From assembly GCF_021869535.1 (NCBI RefSeq), contig NW_026262637.1, positions 28,396,001-28,460,000 on the forward strand: a DNA stretch of 64,000 nucleotides, in the 5' to 3' direction. This document shows positions 33,845 through 47,090 of the stretch, piece by piece (position 1 is the stretch's first letter; each line of letters begins with the position of its first letter). Both the position numbers and the translations under genes were made by a program. The notes beneath the pieces were generated by a model, which did not search any database, was not told the DNA's origin, and was given only the letters and a program-made list of their open reading frames with translations. This stretch comes from Mytilus californianus. Lineage: Eukaryota.

Positions 33845-34483
33845 CAGCAACAACAGTCGAAGACATAAAGATAAACAGTTACCTCAGAAGATGGCTAGGA
33901 GTACCACAAAGTTTTACAGCCATAGTTCTTTACAGTTGATTATCACAAATCCAGCTACCTTTAACATCAACTTTGGAGGACTGCAAGGTATCAAAGAGCA
34001 GACTTGTAATGACTCTCAGAGACTCAAAGGATAACATGATCAGTAAAAGTGGAATCCAGACATGTACTGGGCAAAAATGGTTGACGAAAACTGCAGTAGA
34101 TCAAACAAAAAGTATTCTTCATCACAGAGACATAGTCGGCAACACCTGTACTGTTAGACAGGGCTTAGGAATGACACATTTCCAACAGTGGTCAAAGGCA
34201 ACACCAAAAGAGAAATGCAGCATGGTGCAGTCAGAAATAAGAGAAGTAGAAGAAGAACAAAGGAGGGCAAAATCAGTAGAGTTAAGCCGGCAAGGAGCAT
34301 GGTATGAAGTGGAACTTGCCAGTAAGAAAGATCACATGGGTAGAGTTATGGAGGATGGAACCATTCAGAATTTCATTCATGCTTAGGTCAGTCTTAGGGA
34401 CTGATAGAAGAACCAGGCTGCAAGTTCTGTGGGAAAAGAAGTACGATGACACACATACTTTCAAGTTGTAAAGTTGCACTGAC
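33845..34483 (+). pseudogene. Non-LTR retrotransposon C-terminal remnant (RLE type, HERO-like)
   Basis: YLRRWLGVPQSF...RLVMTLRDSKD...GLG...QGAW, then a frameshifted LPVRKITWVELWRMEPFRISF and a CKFCGKRSTMTHILSSC CCHC knuckle. Confidence 0.75.
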
Positions 34484-35086
34484 TACCTTTTAAAACTTAT
34501 ATACCTCCCTATTTTGATTACACAGATCCACCTATTATTTCGTATACATACAAAAAAAACCTAGCAGAAGTTTGATTTTTAATTTACATCAGTAACATAA
34601 GTTGTCTGTGTAGAAAATAATAATCCTCTAACTTGAGACTGAATCGTCGAATTTCAGATATGATCCCTATGGTCATTTTATTACGGGAGACCTCAATATC
34701 GTTCAAGACTGAGAGGTTAAAAACGTTTTGAAAAAGGACAAAAAAATCGTCCTCCATCAACAATGGAAACAACTTGTCGTCAGGTCATAAAAAGTAAAAT
34801 CATTATAGCAAAAATACCGAAATCCAAGGAAAATTCAAAACGGAAAGTCCTTTATGAAATGGCACAATCAAAAGCTCAAAAACATTAAACGAATGAAAAA
34901 CAACTGTAATATTCCTGACTTGGTACAGGCATTTCCTTATGTACAAAATGGTGGATTGAACCTGGTTTTATGACCAGCTAAACTTCTCACTTGTATGACA
35001 GTGCTCTTTCATCGTATTTTATAAATTGGTGTAAACGGACAAAATCGAATGAATAATCTCTTGATCCTTATTAAATATATATATAT

Positions 35087-35496
35087 ATCCTATTTTGACT
35101 CCTCAAAATTCAAGAGTCTATCCTAAATTGAGGTAAATTGTATGGCTTTCCAAATATCGTTTCGATTCCTAACATCACTGAAGAGACATTAATTGTCGAA
35201 ATCCGGATATGGTGTACAAAAACCTTTGCACCTTTTGTTTGCGGTATACCATCTTTTTCGCAAATTTATTGTTTTCTGTTTAGTATTAAATTTATAATTA
35301 AGATCCATTTATTACATCGGTGATCCGTTTATTTGGCAATCGCCAATGGCAGTCAGCAGGGTTTAAGAACATTTGTTGTTCGACCTGTTAGTCAAATGCG
35401 TTTTGTTAAAATATACTTTTTCACTTTTTTGGTCTTTTGGAAAATGTTGTTGTGCTGTATTTAGACCCCTCTAACAAGAAATTTGTTTTGCATGCA
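35087..35496 (+). mobile_element. Third copy of the HHR monomer, between (TA)n tracts
   Basis: Near-identical to ~21042-21418 plus its continuation; intact HHR at 35172-35215. Confidence 0.82.
35172..35215 (+). ncRNA. Minimal type I hammerhead ribozyme (third copy)
   Basis: Identical to 21128-21171. Confidence 0.8.
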
Positions 35497-35519
35497 TATA
35501 TATATATATATATGTATAA

Positions 35520-36748
35520 ATGCTGTGGATATTCAAATACCACATTTTGAAAATAATTCAGAAACATAATACGCCCATTTCTAGAATATGAAACAAATCA
35601 AAGTACTTGCAAAGCGATTTGTGTTTGTAACAGCCAACAATGTGGTAGTGGTATGTCTTTAATACTACAAGGAAGTTCTTAAGAAAGAAATTTCAAATTC
35701 TTCTACATTCAAATCCGTGCGCCCTAGAGAGAGTCATTTAGTAAACATTCATATCAATACCACATCACAGCTTAAGGCCTCTTGTGAACATTTGAAGGTC
35801 CCTACTGTGTATTAGTTACCTAAACTCGTAAGTGTTCTACAACTAGTCTTTCAGCGCTTTTAACTAGTTCCTTAACTACTATCAAAGAACTTATCATTAA
35901 CTTTTGTAATAAAATATATGAAAATAGTGGAATTAACTCTTATTTGCCGCAACTCATTAAAAGCCTTCTTCTCTAATGAGAAAGGTACATATGCTAGATA
36001 TACTTACTGGAGGTGTGGTGAGATGATTGAAGCTGTTAATTTTACCCTTAATAACATTTATGTACGTTTCGGAAATAAAGTTTATCGACAGGTTGTAGGT
36101 ATTCCTATGGGCACCAATTACGCTCCTTTAATAGCAGACTTGTACTTGTACTGTTATAAATCAGTTTATGACCAAACTCAGTAAATACCTGTATAAATTG
36201 CATTTAATTCATCAAATTCAACTATACTTACCGTTATCTTGATGATATTGTTCCGTTAGATAATCAAGTATTTTCTAAATATATGGCCGAAATTTACCCA
36301 AACAGCTTACTTTATAAATAAATCAAATATAAACGGTAATAACTGTTCTTTCCTATATTTAGATATTTCAGTTTTACACGGGACGCTCTTCACAAAAAAT
36401 TACGTCAAAAGGGAAGATTTTTTGTTCCCTATCGTTAGTTTCCTTTTTTGGACAGTGATGTTCCTTTGGAACCATCTTACGGTGTATATATATATATATA
36501 TCACAACTCGTTCGATATGCCCGTGTTTGTTATGACGTTTTGGATTTCCATGAACGTAAACTATGTTTAATTTTACGGAGATGTTGTTTACCGAGACCGG
36601 AAATTTAGATAAGATCCGTGAAACTTATCGATCTTTAAATAACCTTATTCTAAAAGGTTACCAATTCAACACTGTTATTAGATATTTGAATATTGTTTTA
36701 TTGGTATAAATATTGATTTCGTTATCGGTAAATTCAAATCAAACTAAA
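35520..36748 (+). pseudogene. Penelope-like reverse transcriptase, decayed
   Basis: ANNVVVVC, YRQVVGIPMGTNYAPLIADLYLYCY, YRYLDDI and GVYISQL-type motifs, with stops and frameshifts. Confidence 0.88.
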
Positions 36749-37581
36749 TATTATTTTTATATACATATGCACATTCATAGCTCTACAATCTATCGATATC
36801 TGTATCTTGGCATTGTACAAGGTCATGTTTTTCTCTTACTGCTAATGACGTCTTTACACTAAATCCATTGGATGTTGGGTGTGTACTGATTGATATTTTA
36901 GTCTTAGATGCATGATTTGTATTAGTTGTTATTGGCTTTGAACTAGCTGCGAGTACTCTCAGATCTGTACTTAGTGTCTTTTTTGTTGTTGGAATGTATA
37001 AATACACTGCCACGTCCGGTCTGTTTTTCTGCCCTGTATCGATCTGATGAGTTACGCCCTTTTCAACTGATTTTTTTTTAATTTGTTCTTATATTGTTTT
37101 GTTGCACTACTGTCCCATGTTAGGGGGAGGTTTGGCGCCAGCAAACTAGTTTAACCCCGCCACATTCTGTATGTGCTTGTCCCATGTCAGGAGCCTGTAA
37201 TTCAGTGGTTGTCGTTTGTTGCTGTATATCATATTTGTTTTTCGGTCATTGTTTTGTGCATAAATCAGGCCATTAGTTTTCTCGTTTAAATTGTTTTACA
37301 TTTATTATTATTTCGGGTTTCCTTTATATCTGTATATGAGGTATCGATTTTTCTCATTATAAAGGCCGTACGGTGACCTAAAGTTGTATTGGCAATCATT
37401 CCACATCTTATTATTTTTATATAGATAAAGAATTGTTGGTTTTGATGAGGTTACATTAATAATTCATAAGTTGTTGTTTGATACAACGTCGCTAATTTTA
37501 AAACAAAATACATTACAGTAAACCAAAGCAAGAATTTTGATACGAACATTTTTTTCTGTTTATACTGTAATAATAATAAAT

Positions 37582-37920
37582 AAAATTGAGAATGGACATA
37601 GGGAATGTGTCAAAGAGACAACAACCCGACCAAAGAGCAGAAAACAGCACAAGGCCACCAATGGGTCTTCAACACAGCGAAAAAATCCCACACCCGGAGG
37701 CGGGCTTCAGCTGGCCCCTAAGGAAAAATGTGTACTAGTTCAGTGAAAATTGACGTCACATTAAACTCCGAAACATATAAATGAACTAAAATTAAAAAAA
37801 ATTCATTCAAGACTAACAAAGGCCAGAGGCTCCTGACTTGGGACAGGCGCAAAAAATGCGGCGGGGTTAAACATGTTTTGTGAGATCTCAACCCTTCCCC
37901 TATACCTCTAGCCAATGTAG
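37582..37920 (-). repeat. Copy of the 11645-11982 repeat family
   Basis: Reverse complement aligns over the full length. Confidence 0.8.
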
Positions 37921-39598
37921 AATTAATATAGTTATATATGGATAATAATAATAATGTTAAATTTCATTTGTGTTTAGATTATTATATTTACCAAACGTCC
38001 AATACATTTTTATCTTTCGTTATCTAAAGAAAATGTGCAATTGTGCCTTATTGTTTTAATTCAAAAACTTGTCTGCTCGTTTATTTAACTCCCTTACATA
38101 TACACTCAATGTTCCTGACACAAGCCATGGACCTATGTAAGTTTGTTCGTTTTTTCTTTTTTTGTTTTTTTTTTTGTTTGTTTTATGTTGTATTTGTAAT
38201 TAGATAAACCTGTTTAGAAAACAGAAAAAGAATAACAAGAATCAACAAAATACTGAGAAAAGTACAACAGATCACATCAACCACTAATATTCGAAAAAAA
38301 CACAGAAATTTAAACAAAGACAACCAGACACATACACATAGACAATATCAACAAAGATCAGCACACAGATCACAAATTGGTAGAAAATGTGATGGACTTT
38401 AAATAGAATAGGATGCGGCAAAATGACCATAGTTTTAGTTATGTCTTTTAAATTTTTCTCTATTGAAGTTGCTATCTCTTTAGATTATATTTTTTCACGC
38501 TGTTTAGAGTGTATGTTATTCCCTTATTTTCTCTCATACATTTGATTTTACCTGGATATATAAAATAAAATGAAAGTTAGCGGCAGACTGGCACGTGCAG
38601 TTGTAAAAATAAGATTTTTGTAGGTTAGTTTGATTTCATGTCATATTCTGAAAACGTGTAAATCAACGTTTTACCTGAATACACATATTGCTTAATGGCC
38701 AGAATCAGTCAACGAATAAATCTTCTTGGTGACTTCCTTGTTTCATTATTCAATTTTGACATAAGTCATTCATTTTCATTTTCATAGCTAAGCATGCTTA
38801 AACCATCCCAAACTAAGGGTCATATTCAAGGTTGCATGCATACGGTCGAAGTATTGCTTTGCAAGATAATAATATACCCGCTACGATTTTGGGCTTATTT
38901 TTACAAAGTTGAAAAAAACAGACTTCTAATAGCGAGTTGCTAAATAGTACTTGAATATCCCGATTTTATTAATGTTTGAAATAAAAATCATCATATTTAG
39001 ATTTTTCGTCCAAATCGTAGCCAATGCCCGGCTCGCCTTTGTCAATAATGTAATAAAATAGAACATTTATTGGACCAAACGACTCATTGCATAAAAGATG
39101 AACACAACGTGAGCGTTTCAACTCTCCTCCTTAGCGTGGACAGGGGGTTAACGGAACATAAAAAAGAACCTGCAAATTAACAAAATTCAAAACTAAATGA
39201 TGGATAGATGAGATGGAACCAATTTAAGCAAAAGAACCATAAAAATCTGCACAGGACAATATAAAAACAAATCATATCAAAAACGGTGATACAGGTGTAC
39301 AGACAAACAAGCTTAGACGTAAAACTGTGCTTACGAACAACTTATATTAATAATTAAAACGAGGTCGATATTATTTGCCCCGGAAGGGTAAATACGGTTA
39401 CTCCTTTTCATTTTTTTTCCTCCAGGTCAGATGACTGAATCAATAAAAAAGATAAATTGATTTTTTGTTTATTCAGAATTCGTATTGATTGTATTTTAGT
39501 CTTGTAGCTTTGTTAGAAGTTGTTTTTGTCTAACATTGTATTGCAGCAGACATTTTTTTTATTTTTTTTATTTTCAATGTTGTATTACTGTCACTTAA

Positions 39599-40368
39599 GG
39601 ATGTACACCTCTGAGGAGCCAAACATTTCTAGAATTAAACTTTTTTTCTTAACCTGATATTTGGGTTTATATGACTTTTAAAAAAATAATTGGTGAAGAA
39701 AAAATCATATGGTGGTGAACTTCTTTTTGTGCTACAGCCATTTGAAAGTACCCAATTTTGATGATTTTTTCATTTTTCATCAATTTTTACCCATTTTTGG
39801 GCTATTATCATGAAAAAAAAAAACACAGTTTCACAATTAAACTTTTTTTCATACTTTCACTAAAGATGAAGTGGACCAATCTGAATAAATTCAACTTAAA
39901 AATACTATAGGTAGGTGTTAATATAAGAAAGTTTTATAAAATTTTGTTGCTTTTTAGTGTCAAATTTACCATGTTGTCAATTTTATAAATTTGGGATTTT
40001 TCTCTTTTTTTAGAACAAAAAGCATATTATTTCAACTTCTTTGTTATAAATGATTGAAAAAATACATATCTAAGAAATTTGAAAAGAAAAAATTGATGTG
40101 GGATGTACATGTATCTGGTAAAATAATTTCTTGTACCACTCACCCATTTTCTCAACATTTTGGCTAATGAGACTGACTTGATTTGTTATAAAATTTGAAA
40201 ATTTTATTGCTCAAAAACTACTTATTGTAAATACACAATATTTTCACAGATTTAAGTTTGATTATAATATTTTTTAAATTCATTGATATTTTCCACTTGT
40301 ATCATATGTTTTTGAAATAATTCCAGAAAAGGATTTCAACGAGACTGAAACGTCAGAAGAATACATCC
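39599..40368. mobile_element. TTAA-flanked non-autonomous DNA element (Kolobok-like ends)
   Basis: TTAA|ggatgta ... tacatcc|TTAA. Confidence 0.6.
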
Positions 40369-40372
40369 TTAA

Positions 40373-43340
40373 AGACAAGGAGTCAGAATAAGCTTTTTAC
40401 CGTGAAAGTGTCAAATCAAACACACTTATTGCTCTCTGTTCATGTTATTACTGTTGATTTAAATATGATTCAACATGAACATCTCCGGAAGGTGGTATTT
40501 CATGGTCACAAGTTAAGAGAGCCCCGCTACATTAATTGGAACAATAACTTTAAAATAATAATGGGTTCCGTTGAGGATTATGCCAGAGCTTGGGCAAAAC
40601 GAGAAAAGGTTAAACTAGACACTCTTTCGAAATGGGTTAAAGCAATTAGGTCATTAATACAACGTAGAATCCACTAGTTTAAAAACTGTGTAAATGTTCG
40701 ACCTTAGTCCGTATTCAGAGACAAAGAGGCTGTGAAATGTCTGAAGTCTCTTCGCGACAAATATGCTGTTCCTGTGGAAAACACTTGAAACAATGTTGTT
40801 TTTCTCTGTAAATCCTATTACTACGAGTCGCTTATCAAAAAAGTAGGAATGAATAAACACTCGGGTACTTCCACGTGTAAAAACGTCACCTTTGATAAAT
40901 AATAGATATTGGCATACCACAAATTTTTCATGGCCTGAATGAATATTTCAATGAGCAAAAAATCTGAGGCATATCATTGATTGTATTGGATACCTTAACT
41001 TGACAAAGCTCCGTACAAACAACGGAACATTGCCGGCTCATCTGCATGTTCTACCAAGGAATTGTCCGTTATGCCTAGGTCACATATTCACGAATTTGAC
41101 GCCGAATTAGCGACGGGTACGATCCGGCATCATTCGTGGTAATCTGTAGTGGTCCGTAGATTTCCGTATTGTAGCCGTAGTCATACGTAGTAGTACTTGT
41201 ATATCCGTGACAATTTTTGAACATGCGCAAAATTTGACCGCGGATCAAACAACCGTAGTATATCCTTACTAAACCGTATTAGAACGTACTGATCCGTTTT
41301 AGTCCATATTGAAACCGTATCAATCCGTACTTATTCGTAAGCCCGAAGTCATCAAGGATTTCTACGCTTCCGGAGAACTTCATTTTTGTACGTACTAGTA
41401 CGGTTACATCACGTATTTGCTAAGGATACAATACGGTTTGTTACGAATTTGTCATGGAACGGCACGATCTCATTACGTTGCATTACGAATAGCTAGGGAT
41501 CAGCCAGGGTTCTCATAGTCTTTTACGGTTTACTGCGTTACAACACGACAAAATACGGAATATTACGGTCCACGACAAACTCACATCAGGCTTCTGTATA
41601 AATACTCCCTACTTATAGGGCCCAACGTAGTCTGTATTGCCATAGAGGTATACATAACATTATCCAACATGAACAATCAACAACTGATGCTTGCAATTAA
41701 GTGGCTGGAATTGGATATTGATATGACACAAAATTGCCAGGGCAGTGGTCGAGCTACTTGATGACAGACGTAGAGGTGACCGGAGGCAGAGGAGATGGTG
41801 GACTAAGGACTGGGTTCTCAAAAGCCCTATCCATGGCCAGTATGAGGCCCTCATGGCTTAACTTTGTGTGGAAAATCCAGTTGCATTTTAGAACTTTGTA
41901 AGAATAGACCCAAATATGTTTCAAGAACTGCTACATGTCGTTGGTCCGAGGATTACGAAGAAAACCACCTGGTACAGAGAGTCGATCGATTCTGGATTGA
42001 GGCTAGCAATACCCCTGAGATACTTGGCTACGGGGGACAGCTACCGGACACTGATGTATGGTTTCCGGGTTGCGGACAATACCATCTGTGGTATTGTTCT
42101 GGACGTGTTCGAGGCCATAGTTTCAGCGTATGCTGAGGATGTCTTCCAGACTCCTACTGAGCCTGAACAGTGGCAGGCTATAGCTGAACAGTTTACAGCG
42201 AATTGGCAGTTCCCCCATACGCTGGGTGCTCTAGATGGCAAACATGTAGCCATACGGTGTCCTAAGAACGGAGGATCCCTATATTACAACTATAAAGGAT
42301 ATCACTCAGTGGTGCTGATTGCCCTTGTCGACGCCGATTACAAATTCCGATGGGTTAATATAGGTGCGCAAGGTGCATGTTCTGACGCTCAGGTATTGAA
42401 CCAGAGTGACTTGAAGAAGGCCATTGAAAGGGGGTTAATCGGCATGCCAACAGCAACCCTTCTTCCCGGTGACGACAAACCAATGGGCTATTATATCATC
42501 GCAGACGACGCTTAGAACTAAATTGATTAATAAATTAAAATCAAAATTCAAAATGTCAATGATTCATATGTACTAAAAAGGCACTAATTCAAAAGAACCA
42601 AAATGTCTTTGATCAGCTAAAACACCTAACGGTTAACTGTTTTAATTCAATGATATTGTAAATATATATTACACTGCATGAATATCACTATCACAAGATG
42701 ACAGTATGCTACAGTTTCTCATTCACAACTTATTTGTTGAATTTGAAGGTAGAATTTTCCAGCAGGTTGTCGGCATTCCTATTGGAACCAACTGTGCACC
42801 CCTCTCGTGTCCGACCTTTTCTTTATTTTACATACAAGTATATTGATGATGTTCTTTCCATTAGAATCCAAACTTTTCTGATTGGTTCATATTAATATAT
42901 CCTCCGAAACTAGAGATTAAAGAATCCACAGATACAGCTTCCACCGCCTCATTTCTAGACATTTACATCGAATTTGACAACCGCGGTCATATCAGTACCT
43001 GAATCTATGACAAACGAGACGATTTCAATTTTGAAACTATAAATTTTCCTCACCTTAACAGCAATATAGAATAGAGGACGGAAACGGGGAATATGTCAGA
43101 GAGACAACAACCCGACCAGAGAGCAGAAAATATACCAACTTCATCCACGTACGGAGTATACATTTCTCAACGCATACGATATTCAACAGCTGGCAGCTGC
43201 TACTCAGATTTGTAAAACGTCATCGGTGTCTGAGGACAAAAATCAATGAGGCATGGTTTTTTCAAACAACGTCTCTTCCTTTTTCTCAAAACCTTTATCG
43301 GAAAGTACCAGGACCTAATAGATAACTTTTCAGATAATAC
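40373..43340 (+). pseudogene. Penelope-like RT remnant interrupted by Harbinger
   Basis: KLREPRYINW, LYWIP..APYKQRNIAGSSACSTKELS (to ~41070); resumes at ~42690 with FQQVVGIPIGTNCAP, KYIDDVLSI, SFLDIYI and YDKRDDFNF. Confidence 0.85.
41071..42515 (+). mobile_element. PIF/Harbinger transposon, 3'-truncated, with a HARBI1-type DDE transposase remnant
   Basis: LRYLATGDSY, FPHTLGALDGKHVAIRCP, YYNYKGYHSVVLIALVDADYKF, GACSDAQV; cut off at IIADDA. Decayed N-terminus from the ATG at 41669, with a frameshift and stops. Confidence 0.92.
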
Positions 43341-44039
43341 AAGATGGTCTTGAGTTGTAGATCCTAGGTGCTGAAGTTGTGTAGTTTTTTTTTTTTTTAT
43401 CTATTTTACAGCTTTCCCTTTATTTGTCCTCTTGCTATTATGTTTGTTTTGGTCTTCTGACTTTTTACGTGACTCGGTATGTATGCAACACGCTAGCGGG
43501 GTTTTGACTTCGGTCTTTCCTTATGTAAGTGGGTCCTGGGGTGCGATTAGGACGCAAGAGGTTTTTACAGTGTTATTTCCATTTTGTTTACCCTTGTATT
43601 TATACTTTACTTAATTTGTAATTAATCGAGAATGTGTATGCTATAAACGGTATGTACTATCAACTACAAACGTTTATTGCGTCTTTCTCGGTTTTCCATC
43701 GGCTTCACGGGCGTTTTTGTTGGCGTCTTTGTCAAATTAACTTTCGGCTACGACACTTGTTTTGTTTGCGTCTTTCTTGGATTTGTTTGTGCGTTTTTTT
43801 ATACGGTTCTGGCTGTTGGATCCCAATTGTTGTCACATTGGCCTATTGTGTCTGTTTGGGTTGCTTCCCCAATTTTGTCAATGTAACGGAACTATAGACG
43901 ACTGTTAAGCGGATGGTAGTTTGGCTAGCTGTTGTACCCGGTTTGACCCACAATTTTCTTCGGAAAGTGCCTGTGCCAGGTCGGGAATGTAAACATTTCT
44001 CAACTCATACGTTATTCAACAACTGTCTACTCTATCCTC

Positions 44040-47000
44040 CAACCCGTGTTTCCACATCTTTTATTTATCTTAAGGTATCAGCCATCCACTAGCCTTGTTC
44101 GACATATTTGGATTACACTAGTATTGCATCCATCAACCATACCGCGTTCCTTTACGTCTGAATAAATGCAGGGGATCAGCCTTTAAACAGTTCTTTGGTT
44201 CGGCATGTAGCAATACCATGGGGCAGTTTTCATCCGCCAGTTAATGTGTCATGTTTAATTACCATATTTCGACATTATTGCATTGCATCAGGGTAGCATC
44301 AACCCAATAGCCCGTATTATGACAAGTTTGATGTACACCACGATAGCACCCATACAATAACAATTGCTACGAAAAGTTTGAATTACATCAGTTTAAAATT
44401 CACACAATAGGTCGTTCTTTTCATATTTGAATTATTACTACATCAGCGTAGCCTCTATACCTATGTTTATAGCCCGTGCTTCTGCATGTTTAAATAACAT
44501 TAGAGTAGCATTCATACACAATCCCGTGTTTCGGCACGTTAAAATTGCTTCAGGGTAACATCCATATACTAGCCTCCGTTGGAATGAATGTTTTACATCA
44601 AGGTAGCATCCATACACTAAACCGTGCCTGTGCATGTCTATATAACATAAGGGTAGTTTTACACTACTATTCCATGCTACGTCATGCTTAAATTACACCA
44701 GTGTAGGTTCATACACCTGCTTGGGTAAGTTTGAATAACAACCGGGTTGCACCCAAACACTCATCCGTGTTTCGGTATGTTTGAAATGCATCAGGTTACC
44801 CTCATACACTAGCCTCTGTTTCATTAGGTTTGAATAACATCCGGGTTGCACATATACCCTAGTGCGTGCTTCGTAATATTCAAAATACTAGTATTTAGAT
44901 TCCACCAGAGTAGCATTCATCCATTATCCCTTGCTTCGGCATGTTTGAATTAAACCAGATTAGCTTCCATACACAAGCCTATGCTTTCTATTGTTTGAAT
45001 CTCTTCAGAATAGCTTCTTTACAAACATTTCTCCTTCCGCATGTTAAATTAGATCAAGGTTACATCTATAAAATAGTCCGTTTTTCTACATGTTTAAATT
45101 ACATTAGGGTAGCATACATCCACCTGCCTGCGTTTTCTCATATTTCAAATACATCAGGGCAGCACCCATACATTAGCCCTGGGTACATGTTTGAATAACT
45201 TTATGGTAGCATCCATCCACCAGCCTATGTGAAGGCATGTCTTAAATACTTCAGGAAAGTTTCCATCCGCCAGCCCCGTGTTCCGACATTGTTTGTTTAC
45301 ATCAAGGTATCATCCTTACAATAACCTTGTTTGACATGTTTGAATTACACTAGGATAGTAACCATAACGTGTTCCGTCACGTCTGAATTAATCCAGCCCG
45401 TTGTTTGGTATGGTTGAATTTTAACGGGGTAGTATTAATTCGCCAGCTAATGTTTCGGCATGTTTTATGACATCAGGGTATCATCCATACACTAGATCGT
45501 TGTTCAGTATATTTGAAAAACATAAGGGTAGCTTCCAACACCAGGCCAGCTTCCACGTTTTTCAACAAAATAAGGTAGAATTCAGACACTTTTTTATGCT
45601 TCGGCATTTTGACATTACATCAAGGAAGCACTATCCACCAAACCGTTTTCAGCATTCTTGAATTGCATCAGGCTGGCATCAAGTCACTAGCCCGTTTTAT
45701 GACAAGTTTGACGTACACCAGGATAGTCCTTATACACTAGCGTTTGCTACGAAATGTTTGAATTACATCATTTTAGCATCCATATAAGTTTTATATCCTG
45801 GTATCTTTTTTGATTTTTTATATGTCGTACTTATGATTAAATTAACTTGGTTTTCCAATATTTTACAGATGCAGAATAAGCTAACAAATAATGGGATTCA
45901 CTACTATAACTGTATAAAAATGGGGAATGTATTAAACATGCAAAAATAAGACACTATGTGGTGTATGTGAGGTAACTCTTGATAACCATTTCATATGAAA
46001 AGCGCAGGTTTCATAGAAAAAAACTGTTGCACGGGAACGCACGAAAATAACAATTTTAGAAAATTCTGATTTTTTACAACATTTTCCATGGCGTTTAAGT
46101 AATGTCTAAATAAGTTACTAAGTATGTATAAAATTGGATGTCTTATCGATGAAACGTAGGGTTCGTGTTGCTCAGTCTTTAGTTTTCTTTGTTTTGTTTT
46201 GTGTGCTGTTTCTCTTTTCGTTGTTTTTCGTTTTTTGCCATGGCATTGTCAGTTTTTTTTAGAGTTATGAGTTTGGTTTCTTTCGCCTTTCTTTATACAT
46301 TATCATTTGACTTTAGATGTTACTCTTTTCATTTTAATAATTAATTCTTGTCTGTTCTCAGAACAACTGATTAACAAAGAAGGAGAGAGAAAGCGTGACA
46401 ATCCGGAATTCACCCGTCAATTGTAACAATGTTTTTTTTAATAAAGTTATTTACCTTTGACCCGAAACGATACCTGTAAAAGCTACGATACACTAGCTTG
46501 TACTTTGGCATGTTTTAATCTAACAAGGTATTGACTATTCATCAGCCTGTGTTTCGGAATGCTTGAATTAGATGACGGTAATACCAATTCACAGCCAGTG
46601 TTTCGGTATGTTTGATTTACATATGTGGAGTATCCATGCACCAGAACTTGTTTGGCATCAGGGTAGCATCCATACACTAGCCCATGTTTAGGCTGTTTGA
46701 ATTCCATTAGGGTACTATTCACACACTACCCCGGGTGCCTGCATTTGTGCATTACATCAGAGTTACATCCATCAACCAGTTCATGTATAGGCATGTTTGT
46801 ATAACATAAGAGTAGATCCCACATATTAGTCCGTGTTTTTGTATATGTGAATTACATCAGAGTAACATCCATCCTCCAGTCCGTGTTACCAGTATGTTTG
46901 AATTACACCAGAATGGCATCCATACATCAGATCATCCTACTTCTGCATAGTTGAAATCCATCTAGAAGCAGAAATAGACCAGTCCATCTTTAGGCATTAA

Positions 47001-47090
47001 GAAATTATATCAGAGTATCATCTATCTAGTCCTTGTTTAGAATACATCAGGGTATCAGCCGTGCACTGACAAGTGCTACGGCATTATTTA
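44040..47090. repeat. Degenerate ~50-bp satellite, interrupted at ~45790-46460
   Basis: Consensus roughly atgtttgaattacatcagggtagcatccatacactagcccgtgtttcggc; measured spacings 48-50 bp. Confidence 0.85.
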
